A DNA stretch of 53,818 nucleotides from Clostridiales bacterium (lineage in GTDB: Bacteria; Bacillota; Clostridia; Christensenellales; UBA1242): positions 1 through 53,818 of the forward strand of contig CAKJYB010000022.1 of NCBI GenBank assembly GCA_918241715.1, in the 5' to 3' direction. Both the position numbers and the translations under genes were made by a program. Position 1 is the stretch's first letter. Every line of letters starts with the position of its first letter. The notes below the pieces were generated by a model that was given only the letters and a program-made list of their open reading frames with translations, was not told the DNA's origin and did no database searches. Shown here piece after piece: positions 35,199-42,778 of this stretch.

Positions 35199-36293
35199 CT
35201 AACTAACAATTGTAAGACCTTTTACCATGTTTACAAAGCCTGGTAAAGTTATCTTTAAAAACTGCTCTATTTTTGCAAAATCAATTTTTGCCATCTCATT
35301 TTTCTTGGCATATTTGTCAATGCTTGCATCATAATACTTTACAATATCTGCAATATTCAAGTCTTTGAGTGCCTTATAATAATTCTCTGCTTCTTCAAAA
35401 AATTCTTCTGTTCTGTTTAAAAGGGTTTTAACTTCTTGTGAGCTCAAGTGCTTGTAGTTTGTCTCTTCTGACTTTTCTACAATATTTGTTTTGTATTCGC
35501 CAAATCTCTTCTCTATCAAGGAAACAATGGCATCAAGATCTTCACTTCTACCTTTGTAAATATTCCACAAAATCTTTGTTGAAATTTCTTGAATCATAAA
35601 ATTGTTGTAAACTGGAAGCAACTTTGCTTGAATGTATTTTTTTATTGTCCCCTTGTTGTCTCCCGCATTTTTTATTGTTTTTTGTATCTCTGTCATTTCA
35701 ACAACTTTTGCAAGAGATTTTGACAAATTTATGTTTTTGTTTACAAGGTTTCCAAACTCTTTTTTGAGTGTCATAAGCTGGTATTCGTCTGATTCTTCTG
35801 AAAGCGCCGTTTCACCATTAAATTTTTGAAAATAGTTGTTTACTTGTTTTAATTTTTTTACAAAAACCTTTATTTCGGCAGTGTATTTTTCAATGTTGTC
35901 ATTTAAAACTTTTAATTGGTTTTTTACATCTTTGCTTATTTCTTTGTCTTTAATATTGTCAATAATAAGATCTTTGTTGTCGTCTATATAAGAACTTGAG
36001 ATATTTAAAAGGACAACGTATTTTTCGGTAAGTTCTTTATATTCTTTGTATTTATCTTCTTCGCTATTTATATATCCTTGTAAAACACTTCCGTAAGAAA
36101 CCCAATATTTGCCACTAGAACTTGGATTGCTATAATTCGTAAATACTTCGTCATATTTTTTGTATGTTGAATCCAATGTGCTGAAAGACGCCTTGACATC
36201 TTTTATGCTGGTGCCACATCCTGCCATTGTTATACTTGAAAAAATTGCAAAGATTGTTAAAAACAAGCTCAATATTAAGCCTTTCTTCTTCAT
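35199..36293 (-). CDS. Hypothetical lipoprotein, helical and Lys/Glu/Asn-rich (364 aa)
   Basis: MKKKGLILSLFLTIFAIFSSITMAGCGTS is a signal peptide with lipobox MAGC. AGGGGGA SD. It ends only 8 nt before gltX. No family recognised. Confidence 0.75.
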   Translation of the reverse strand: MKKKGLILSLFLTIFAIFSSITMAGCGTSIKDVKASFSTLDSTYKKYDEVFTNYSNPSSSGKYWVSYGSVLQGYINSEEDKYKEYKELTEKYVVLLNISSSYIDDNKDLIIDNIKDKEISKDVKNQLKVLNDNIEKYTAEIKVFVKKLKQVNNYFQKFNGETALSEESDEYQLMTLKKEFGNLVNKNINLSKSLAKVVEMTEIQKTIKNAGDNKGTIKKYIQAKLLPVYNNFMIQEISTKILWNIYKGRSEDLDAIVSLIEKRFGEYKTNIVEKSEETNYKHLSSQEVKTLLNRTEEFFEEAENYYKALKDLNIADIVKYYDASIDKYAKKNEMAKIDFAKIEQFLKITLPGFVNMVKGLTIVS

Positions 36294-36302
36294 GTTTCCC
36301 CC

Positions 36303-37142
36303 TTACAAATCCCCGTCAATGAAAGTAGAATAATAGCTACTATCTGCGCCGTTTGTTTTTATGTCTTTAACTTTGTTCTTTTTTTCTTCTGTTGTGTATT
36401 GGTATGCAATAATTTCTTTCTCTGCATACACAATCCCATCTCCATCTTCTACAAAATATTTTTCTGTAAACTTCAAAAAGTCGTCTCCAACATCTTCTGT
36501 TGTAAGTTTTGTTTTTACATCTTTTGAAAGGTTTTTAATTCCCAAGAAGATTATGTCAGAATAATCATTGTTGAGCAGATTTGATTTTACGCTGTTTTGA
36601 TAAATTTTTGCACAAATATTGAAAGCGTCGATTGTCTTGGAAAGGAAATTTTTCATGTCTCCCTTTACATCTTCCCATGCTCTCTCTTCCCAGTAAGCAT
36701 CTCCAGAAGTCTTTTTGTTGTTTTCTTTTATCCTTTTGATAAGGCCGTCAACATATTTTTGTGCACTCTTAAGAGCATCTTGGACATCTTTTCTGTTGTC
36801 TTTGTAGTATTTTGTGTATTCCATAAAGTTGATTTCTCTGTTGAAGAAATCAGCAACATACAAATATCCTTCATAAGCGCTTTTAATATTATTTACTTCG
36901 TTTCTTTTTTCATTGTCAGTAAGCGTAGATGAAAGTTTTTCAAGGTAAGACTTTATTTGGTTGTGGTCAGAAGATGCAGAATTTGATGCTTTCAAATATC
37001 CCGTCGTAACATAATCGTTTACACTTTCTGCAAGAGCTGACGTATCTTTCTTTTTGAAAAGCGTAAAGAAAACCACGCCAAGTATTGCGGCCAAAACAAC
37101 AATTATTATTGTTATAAACAAAACTTTTCTGCCACCTTTCAT
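36303..37142 (-). CDS. Hypothetical N-terminally membrane-anchored helical protein (279 aa)
   Basis: MKGGRKVLFITIIIVVLAAILGVVFFTLFKKK is a single N-terminal TM helix. AAGGAG SD. It starts 23 nt after dnaB. Its composition resembles the neighbouring lipoprotein. Confidence 0.75.
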   Translation of the reverse strand: MKGGRKVLFITIIIVVLAAILGVVFFTLFKKKDTSALAESVNDYVTTGYLKASNSASSDHNQIKSYLEKLSSTLTDNEKRNEVNNIKSAYEGYLYVADFFNREINFMEYTKYYKDNRKDVQDALKSAQKYVDGLIKRIKENNKKTSGDAYWEERAWEDVKGDMKNFLSKTIDAFNICAKIYQNSVKSNLLNNDYSDIIFLGIKNLSKDVKTKLTTEDVGDDFLKFTEKYFVEDGDGIVYAEKEIIAYQYTTEEKKNKVKDIKTNGADSSYYSTFIDGDL

Positions 37143-37165
37143 GTTTTTCTCCTTTTTCGGGTTTT

Positions 37166-38515
37166 TTATTGAATCTGCACTTTTTCGTCAAAGTTAAGGA
37201 AAGTTGTGTATTCTCCAACCCACTTCAATTTTATTTCTCCCGTCTTTCCACTTCTATGTTTTGCAATAATCAAATAAACCGTTCCTGGTTCTTCTGTTAT
37301 CTGAACATCGTTGTATCTTTCTGGATTGTAAAGGAACAAAACAATATCGGCGTCTTGTTCGATAGAACCAGATTCACGAAGATCTGAAAGCACAGGCTTA
37401 TGATCTTCTCTAAGGTCAACAGCACGATTGAGCTGTGAAAGCAAAATGATTGGAACGTTAAGTTCTTTTGCGGCAACTTTCAATGTTCTTGTGATAGCGC
37501 TGACTTCGTTTGTTCTGGACTCTTGAGTTTTTGTCCCCATTGTCATAAGTTGAAGATAGTCAATAACAATAAGGTCAAGCCCTTCCGTCATTTTAAGTTT
37601 TCTACATTTTGAAATAATGTCAAAAGGTGTAACCATTGAAGAGTCGTTTACAAAGAAGAAACTTTGTGCCAACTTTTTGTTTGCCGTCCAAATTCTCTTC
37701 CATTCGTCATTGTCCATGCTTCCGTTTAAGATGTGTCCCATGTCAACTTTTGCAACAGATGCAAGAGATCTTATCATAAGTTGTTCTGAAGACATTTCAA
37801 GGTCAAAAACGGCAACTTTCTTTCCTTCTTCAAGGGCTGCATGCTCTGCAATATTCATGGCAAAAGATGTCTTTCCAACACCAGGACGAGCAGCAACCAT
37901 AATCAAATCACTCTTTTGAAGTCCGTTTGTGATTGCGTCAAATTCTTTGTATCCTGTTGGAATTCCACGAAGTTTTCCTTTATTTTCTGCGATTTCAGAA
38001 ATTTGATTTAAAACTCTTGTCAAAACACCTTCTTTCTTTCCAACAAGTTCCAAATCAGAAGCTGTTTCTTTTTGAGACAAATCAAAAATTTTCTTTTCTG
38101 CAACCTGCATTGCATGTTCGCCATCTTCAGCTTCAAAGGCAGTCTTTATTATCTCTTGAGATTCTGTGATAAGTTTTCTTCTTGTTGCCATGTTTTTCAC
38201 AATTTCAAGATAGTGAGAAAAGTTTGCAGCAGATGGAACGGCATTTGTAAGATATGTTACATAGTCAATTCCACCAACCTTTTCAAGTCTTTTGTCAACT
38301 TCAAGTTGGTTTGTAAGCGTAACAAAATCAACAGGAATGTTTTTCATTGAGATTTTTAACATGCTGTCGTAAATGTCTTTGTGAGATTCTGCATAAAAAT
38401 CAGAAACGTCAATCTTTGAAAAAATATCTAGTTGTGCATCATTGTCAATCAAAATACAACCGAGCAACGCTTGCTCAGCTTCAAGGCTGTTTGGTAAAAT
38501 TTTATAATCTGCCAT
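37166..38515 (-). CDS. dnaB: Replicative DNA helicase
   Basis: LPNSLEAEQALLGCILIDNDA, Walker A ARPGVGKTSFAMN, IVIDYLQLM and IILLSQLNR. 449 aa, AAGGAG SD. Confidence 0.97.
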   Translation of the reverse strand: MADYKILPNSLEAEQALLGCILIDNDAQLDIFSKIDVSDFYAESHKDIYDSMLKISMKNIPVDFVTLTNQLEVDKRLEKVGGIDYVTYLTNAVPSAANFSHYLEIVKNMATRRKLITESQEIIKTAFEAEDGEHAMQVAEKKIFDLSQKETASDLELVGKKEGVLTRVLNQISEIAENKGKLRGIPTGYKEFDAITNGLQKSDLIMVAARPGVGKTSFAMNIAEHAALEEGKKVAVFDLEMSSEQLMIRSLASVAKVDMGHILNGSMDNDEWKRIWTANKKLAQSFFFVNDSSMVTPFDIISKCRKLKMTEGLDLIVIDYLQLMTMGTKTQESRTNEVSAITRTLKVAAKELNVPIILLSQLNRAVDLREDHKPVLSDLRESGSIEQDADIVLFLYNPERYNDVQITEEPGTVYLIIAKHRSGKTGEIKLKWVGEYTTFLNFDEKVQIQ

Positions 38516-38526
38516 GGTCTTCTCCT

Positions 38527-38778
38527 TTAATCAGCAAATGGGTCTTTCTTTTTCTTCTTTCTTTCTTCTTTTCTTGCATCAAATTTTTCGTAAATAATCG
38601 TGTAAATTGCAAACAAGAAAAACATTATAATAACCAAAATCATAATGTTTACCCATTGTTTAACTCCACATGAAGCCAACACAACTTCGATGACAACAAT
38701 AGGCACAAGAACAATAAGGAAAAAGAGCCCCAATCTTGTTATTCTTTTCTTTAAAAGTTGCTTTTCCGAGTTTTTCAT
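38527..38778 (-). CDS. Small two-TM membrane protein (83 aa) heading the dnaB gene string
   Basis: MKNSEKQLLKKRITRLGLFFLIVLVPIVVIEVVLA...WVNIMILVIIMFFLFAIYTIIY...KKKKKDPFAD. Start placed at Met19 of the track ORF, because a consensus promoter ends 6 nt upstream of it. The stop is 11 nt before dnaB. Confidence 0.6.
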   Translation of the reverse strand: MKNSEKQLLKKRITRLGLFFLIVLVPIVVIEVVLASCGVKQWVNIMILVIIMFFLFAIYTIIYEKFDARKEERKKKKKDPFAD

Positions 38779-38784
38779 ATTTAA

Positions 38785-38813
38785 AGTATAACAACAAACC
38801 CGTTGTTTGTCAA
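38785..38813 (-). promoter_or_regulatory. Consensus sigA-type promoter (-35 TTGACA, 17 nt, -10 TATACT); ATG 7 nt after the -10 (leaderless geometry)
   Basis: Reverse complement of 38776-38813 is TTGACA-aacaacgggtttgttgt-TATACT-ttaaat-ATG. Confidence 0.6.
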
Positions 38814-38836
38814 TTTGAAAATAAAAAAACATATAA

Positions 38837-38850
38837 TATATAATTATATA
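38837..38850. repeat. 14-nt TA-only palindrome in the divergent promoter region
   Basis: tatataattatata is its own reverse complement. It lies 23 nt upstream of the -35 at 38808-38813 and 26 nt upstream of the plus-strand -35 at 38877. Confidence 0.85.
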
Positions 38851-38876
38851 TTTTTTAAAAAAGTTGAATTAAGTTA

Positions 38877-38905
38877 TTGACAAAAAGGTTTTGGTGTGCA
38901 AAAAT
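38877..38905 (+). promoter_or_regulatory. Candidate promoter of the ankyrin-repeat gene (-35 TTGACA, 17 nt, extended -10 TGCAAAAAT)
   Basis: TTGACA at 38877-38882 and AAAAAT at 38900-38905, preceded by TGC. SD GGTGGTG is at 38928-38934. Confidence 0.45.
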
Positions 38906-38939
38906 ATAAGAAATATTTTTGGTTTTAGGTGGTGAAAAA

Positions 38940-39935
38940 ATGGCTGACAAAAAGACAACACTTCTTCTTAGAGCATTAGAAAATGGAAATTTGAAAAGTG
39001 CAGAACGCTTACTTAAAAAAGGTGCAGATTTAAATGCGACATTTGATGGAGTTCCTGCACTCTTTAAAGCATATGGCATTGACCTTAAACATGACAATTT
39101 CAATGCAACAAGTTTTTTTATTGATAATGGTGCAGATTTAAACATTAAAGACAAAGATGGCAACACCCTTTTGCTTGTTTCTCTCGATTTAAATTATTTT
39201 GGAAATTCTGATAGCCAAGACAAAAGACTAGAAACTATAATTCGCATTTTAAAATTTTTGTATCGCAAAATTGCAACAGACAAAAATGTCAATTTTAACG
39301 CTGTTGGAAAAGATGGACGTTCTTTTGTTTCTAAGCTTTCTACAAGCGCTATTATCAACAAGAAAAGTCCTGCAAGATTGTACTGCCTTGTTTTGTTGTC
39401 AACGCTATTAAAAAATGGTGCAAGTGCAAATATCCCTTCTAGGGGTGGAAAGCTTCCACTTTATGCTGCTGTAACAGGAAAAGATTTTCTTTTGGCAGAA
39501 ATTCTTGCCCCATACACACTTCAAAACACAAATTATATTGTAGAGAATGGCAAGCTAGAAAACGACAGATTCTGGACATGGCAAATGCTCGGTGGAAACC
39601 AAATTGGAACAGCAGAAACATTTGTGGTCCTTGACAAGTTTAGAAACACAATCCTCTTGAAACTTGCAAACGAAGAAACAAAAACACCTTATACAACAGA
39701 CAGAACAAACAGAGACTTGGCTCTCTTTCAAGAATTGTTTGGCAAACTTCAACCAGAGCAAAAATGGGTTGACAAAGACCACGAAAGATACCTTGCATAT
39801 ATAAATCAAGCAAACACCTATGGAAAAGAAGTTGAAGAACAATTCCACACTCTTGCTCCACAAGCAAACATTCCAACTCTTAGACTTGAAGCTCTTGAAG
39901 CGACAAAGGTTGGCCCAGACGGAAATGGAAAATAA
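38940..39935 (+). CDS. Ankyrin-repeat protein (331 aa) with a non-ANK C-terminal ~130 aa
   Basis: LLRALENGNLKSAERLLKKGADLNA, FFIDNGADLNIKDKDGNTLLLVSL and LLKNGASANIPSRGGKLPLYAAVTGKDFLLAEILA fit the ANK consensus (G-x-TPLH-AA...LL..GA..N). No signal peptide. Start moved to MADKK behind the AGGTGGTG SD. Confidence 0.8.
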   Translation: MADKKTTLLLRALENGNLKSAERLLKKGADLNATFDGVPALFKAYGIDLKHDNFNATSFFIDNGADLNIKDKDGNTLLLVSLDLNYFGNSDSQDKRLETIIRILKFLYRKIATDKNVNFNAVGKDGRSFVSKLSTSAIINKKSPARLYCLVLLSTLLKNGASANIPSRGGKLPLYAAVTGKDFLLAEILAPYTLQNTNYIVENGKLENDRFWTWQMLGGNQIGTAETFVVLDKFRNTILLKLANEETKTPYTTDRTNRDLALFQELFGKLQPEQKWVDKDHERYLAYINQANTYGKEVEEQFHTLAPQANIPTLRLEALEATKVGPDGNGK

Positions 39936-39976
39936 TAAAAAACACTTTAGCGATTTTGCTAAAGTGCTTTTTTTTT
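39936..39976. terminator. Bidirectional rho-independent terminator between the ankyrin gene and typA
   Basis: CACTTTAGC (39943-39951) / GCTAAAGTG (39958-39966) form a 9-bp stem with a 6-nt loop, flanked by an A-run and a T9 run. Confidence 0.8.
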
Positions 39977-41804
39977 ATACTTCTCCCCTGAGCATCTTTC
40001 CACGTTCTCTAAGACGCATGTTGTGATCAAGAATAATTTTTCTGATTCTGATTGATTGTGGGGTGATTTCCAAATATTCATCGTCTCCCAAAAATTCAAT
40101 GCAATCTTCCAAACTCATAAGTCTTGGTGGTGTAAGTCTAAGAGCTTCATCAGAGCCAGAAGAACGGCAGTTTGAAAGGTGTTTTTCTTTACATACGTTG
40201 ACAACAATATCTCCACCCTTTGGATTGCTTCCAACAACCATTCCTGCATAAACTGGAGTCCCTGCACCGATAAAGAGTTCTCCCCTTTCTTGTGCGTTGA
40301 AAAGTCCATAGACAATGGCTTTTCCTTCTTCGTGAGCAATCAAAGATCCACATTCACGACGATTGATTTCGCCCTTGTATGGTTCATAATCATAGAAGAT
40401 TGAGTTTATGATACCTTCTCCACGTGTGTCTGTAAGATACTCTGACTTAAACCCAAAAAGTCCACGTGATGGAACCAAAAATTCCATTCTCATTCTGTTT
40501 CCTTTTGGTGTCATTCCTTGGAGTTCTCCCTTTCTTACTCCCATCTTGTTCATAACCGTTCCTACGCAGTCTTCAGGAACATCAAGGAAAACTCTGTCGA
40601 TAGGCTCACACTTTACTCCGTCAATTTCTTTGATCAAAACTTTTGGTTGGCTTACTTGAAATTCGTAGCCATCTCTACGCATGTTTTCAATCAAAATTGA
40701 AAGGTGCATTTCACCCCTTCCACAAACCTTAAATTTATCTGCAGTATCTCCATCAGAAACTCTCAAAGACAAATCTTTTACAGCTTCCTTGTAAAGTCTT
40801 TCTCTTATATGACGTGATGTAACAAACTTTCCTTCTCTGCCAGCAAATGGGCTGTCGTTTACCATAAATGTCATTTCAACGCTTGGCTCTGCAATTTTTA
40901 CAAATTCAATTGGCTCAACAGCAGTTTCGTCGCAAATTGTGTCTCCTATTTGGACATTTTCGATTCCGGCAACACAGACAATTTCTCCTGCACTTGCTGA
41001 CTCAACGGGAACTCTCTTCAACCCCTCATAAACAAACAAACTTACAATTTTTGCCTTTTGTTTTTTGTCTGGCTCATGATAGTTGCAAACAATAATATTT
41101 TGTCCAACTTTGATTGTTCCCCTGTCAATTTTTCCAACGGCAAGTTTTCCAACATAGTCGTTGTGTTCTGCAGAAGAAATCAAAAGTTTAAGTGGCTCTT
41201 GTGGATTTCCTTGTGGTGCTGGAATGTGCTTTATGATTGTTTCAAAAAGTGGTTTCATGTCTTTTCCAACAACATCTGGATCTGTAGAAGAAACACCTGT
41301 TCTTGCAGAAGCAAAAACAAATGGAGAATCCAATTGTTCGTCGTCAGCATCAAGCTCCAGGAAAAGCTCCAAAACTTCGTCAATAACTTCTTTAATTCTT
41401 GCGTCTGGTCTGTCAATCTTGTTTACGACAACAACAACTTTAAGTTTGAGTGCAAGAGCTTTTTCCAAAACAAATCTTGTTTGTGGCATTGGTCCTTCAA
41501 AAGCATCAACAACAAGCAAAACTCCGTCAACCATCTTCAAAACTCTTTCAACTTCTCCACCAAAGTCTGCGTGTCCTGGGGTGTCAACAACGTTTATTTT
41601 TACTCCATTATAAAAGCAAGAAGTATTTTTTGACAAAATCGTAATACCCCTTTCTCTTTCAATGGCGTTTGAATCCATAACTCTGTCTTCAACAACCTGA
41701 TTTTCTCTAAAAACGTTTCCTTGCTTCAAAAGCTCATTAACCAATGATGTCTTTCCATGGTCAACGTGAGCAATAATCGCAATGTTTCTGATATTGTTTT
41801 CCAT
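39975..41804 (-). CDS. typA: Translational GTPase TypA/BipA
   Basis: [24 protein letters not shown] (G1), [14 protein letters not shown] (G3) and NKIDR (G4). 609 aa, with the BipA-specific C-terminal domain. Confidence 0.97.
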   Translation of the reverse strand: MENNIRNIAIIAHVDHGKTSLVNELLKQGNVFRENQVVEDRVMDSNAIERERGITILSKNTSCFYNGVKINVVDTPGHADFGGEVERVLKMVDGVLLVVDAFEGPMPQTRFVLEKALALKLKVVVVVNKIDRPDARIKEVIDEVLELFLELDADDEQLDSPFVFASARTGVSSTDPDVVGKDMKPLFETIIKHIPAPQGNPQEPLKLLISSAEHNDYVGKLAVGKIDRGTIKVGQNIIVCNYHEPDKKQKAKIVSLFVYEGLKRVPVESASAGEIVCVAGIENVQIGDTICDETAVEPIEFVKIAEPSVEMTFMVNDSPFAGREGKFVTSRHIRERLYKEAVKDLSLRVSDGDTADKFKVCGRGEMHLSILIENMRRDGYEFQVSQPKVLIKEIDGVKCEPIDRVFLDVPEDCVGTVMNKMGVRKGELQGMTPKGNRMRMEFLVPSRGLFGFKSEYLTDTRGEGIINSIFYDYEPYKGEINRRECGSLIAHEEGKAIVYGLFNAQERGELFIGAGTPVYAGMVVGSNPKGGDIVVNVCKEKHLSNCRSSGSDEALRLTPPRLMSLEDCIEFLGDDEYLEITPQSIRIRKIILDHNMRLRERGKMLRGEV

Positions 41805-41836
41805 TTTTTCTTTTCCTTTTTATCTATAACTTGCTT

Positions 41837-41866
41837 ATTGTAGCACATTTAAGATAAAAAAGACAA
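41837..41866 (-). promoter_or_regulatory. typA promoter (-35 TTGTCT, 18 nt, extended -10 TGCTACAAT) with a normal ~30-nt SD-containing leader
   Basis: Reverse complement of 41837-41866 is TTGTCT-N18(ending TGC)-TACAAT. AAAGGAAAAG SD precedes the ATG at 41804. Confidence 0.5.
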
Positions 41867-41882
41867 TAGAAAAAAATGCCTT

Positions 41883-42749
41883 TTACAAGATTTTTCTTGT
41901 TTTTTCTTTCTTTTTCTCTTCTCTTTTTGCAATAAGAAGAGCAACTCCCGTCCCAATCAAAACCAAAACAAGAGTCAAAATGTAAATTGCCCCTTTGTTT
42001 AGGTTTGTTGTCCAAAACGTGATTTTTTCTCCATTTTCAATCTCTGCAATTGATTTTGAAAAAACGTTGTGATGGAAGCCGTTTTCGTCATACATATCTT
42101 CCGACATAAGAGTTTTTGATTTTGATGCAAAGTCGTAAATATAAGTGGCGCCATCTAAATTTTTTAAGACCAACTCTTTTTTCTCTTCCAAAATATCACA
42201 TTCTTTGCACCAAGACAAAATTGCCAAGTTGCAGACTGATTTAAAATTTTCTGCAGATTCTTTTGTCGAAATTGGAAAATCGGTTTCTAGGTAGGTTTTT
42301 TGCAAAAATAGACCCTTTGTCTTTCGTTTTGTCTGTGTTGTTTTGTCTCCCGTCTCTTTTGTCTCAAAAAATGCCTTTTGGGCTTCAACGTTAGCAAAAG
42401 AAATTGTAAATCCTATTCCATCAATGTCGACATAATATAGACAAGGCCCAACACTGACGCCGTCAATCTCTTTGTCTTTGTTTGCCTTTTGAAGTGCGTT
42501 TACATAAACGGAAAGATAGAATTTGTATGTTGCAAATTCTTTTTCTGAAAAGTTGTTTTTGACAAATTCTGTGTTGACAGGAAAGATATAAGACACAAAA
42601 ATTTTGTTTTCGGCATCAATTTTTCTTACAATTCTAAAAGAATTCTTCTCAAGTGCGTTTGTTTTTGCACAAGCAATATTTTCTTCTTTAAATCCCCCAA
42701 GACAGACAAATGTCAGCAACAAAAAAAGAGTATAAATAGTTTTCTTCAT
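41883..42749 (-). CDS. Hypothetical exported protein with signal peptide and C-terminal TM tail anchor (288 aa)
   Basis: MKKTIYTLFLLLTFVCLGGF... at the N-terminus. The C-terminus is GAIYILTLVLVLIGTGVALLIAKREEKKKEKTRKIL (TM helix plus KR tail). It starts 29 nt after the stop of the 3,637-aa gene. No clear SD. Confidence 0.75.
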   Translation of the reverse strand: MKKTIYTLFLLLTFVCLGGFKEENIACAKTNALEKNSFRIVRKIDAENKIFVSYIFPVNTEFVKNNFSEKEFATYKFYLSVYVNALQKANKDKEIDGVSVGPCLYYVDIDGIGFTISFANVEAQKAFFETKETGDKTTQTKRKTKGLFLQKTYLETDFPISTKESAENFKSVCNLAILSWCKECDILEEKKELVLKNLDGATYIYDFASKSKTLMSEDMYDENGFHHNVFSKSIAEIENGEKITFWTTNLNKGAIYILTLVLVLIGTGVALLIAKREEKKKEKTRKIL

Positions 42750-42778
42750 AGTCTATTTATACTCTCTTTCTTTTTTGA

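Noticed and set aside
38855-39166. 103-aa minus-strand ORF overlapping the start of the ankyrin gene.
   Set aside because: It is antisense to a clearly ANK-repeat-encoding frame. It has no SD and a low-complexity Ser/Leu/Phe-rich translation.
41058-41633. 191-aa and 150-aa plus-strand ORFs inside typA. Similar antisense ORFs lie inside the ATPase (11025-11537), dnaB, spmA (7202-7612) and the flippase gene.
   Set aside because: These are shadow ORFs opposite highly conserved, unambiguous genes.
42747-42761. TATAAA-tagact-ATG geometry upstream of the 41883-42749 gene, as another leaderless promoter.
   Set aside because: No acceptable -35 is present (GAATAA/TGAATA). The gene is more simply explained as co-transcribed with the giant gene ending 29 nt upstream.
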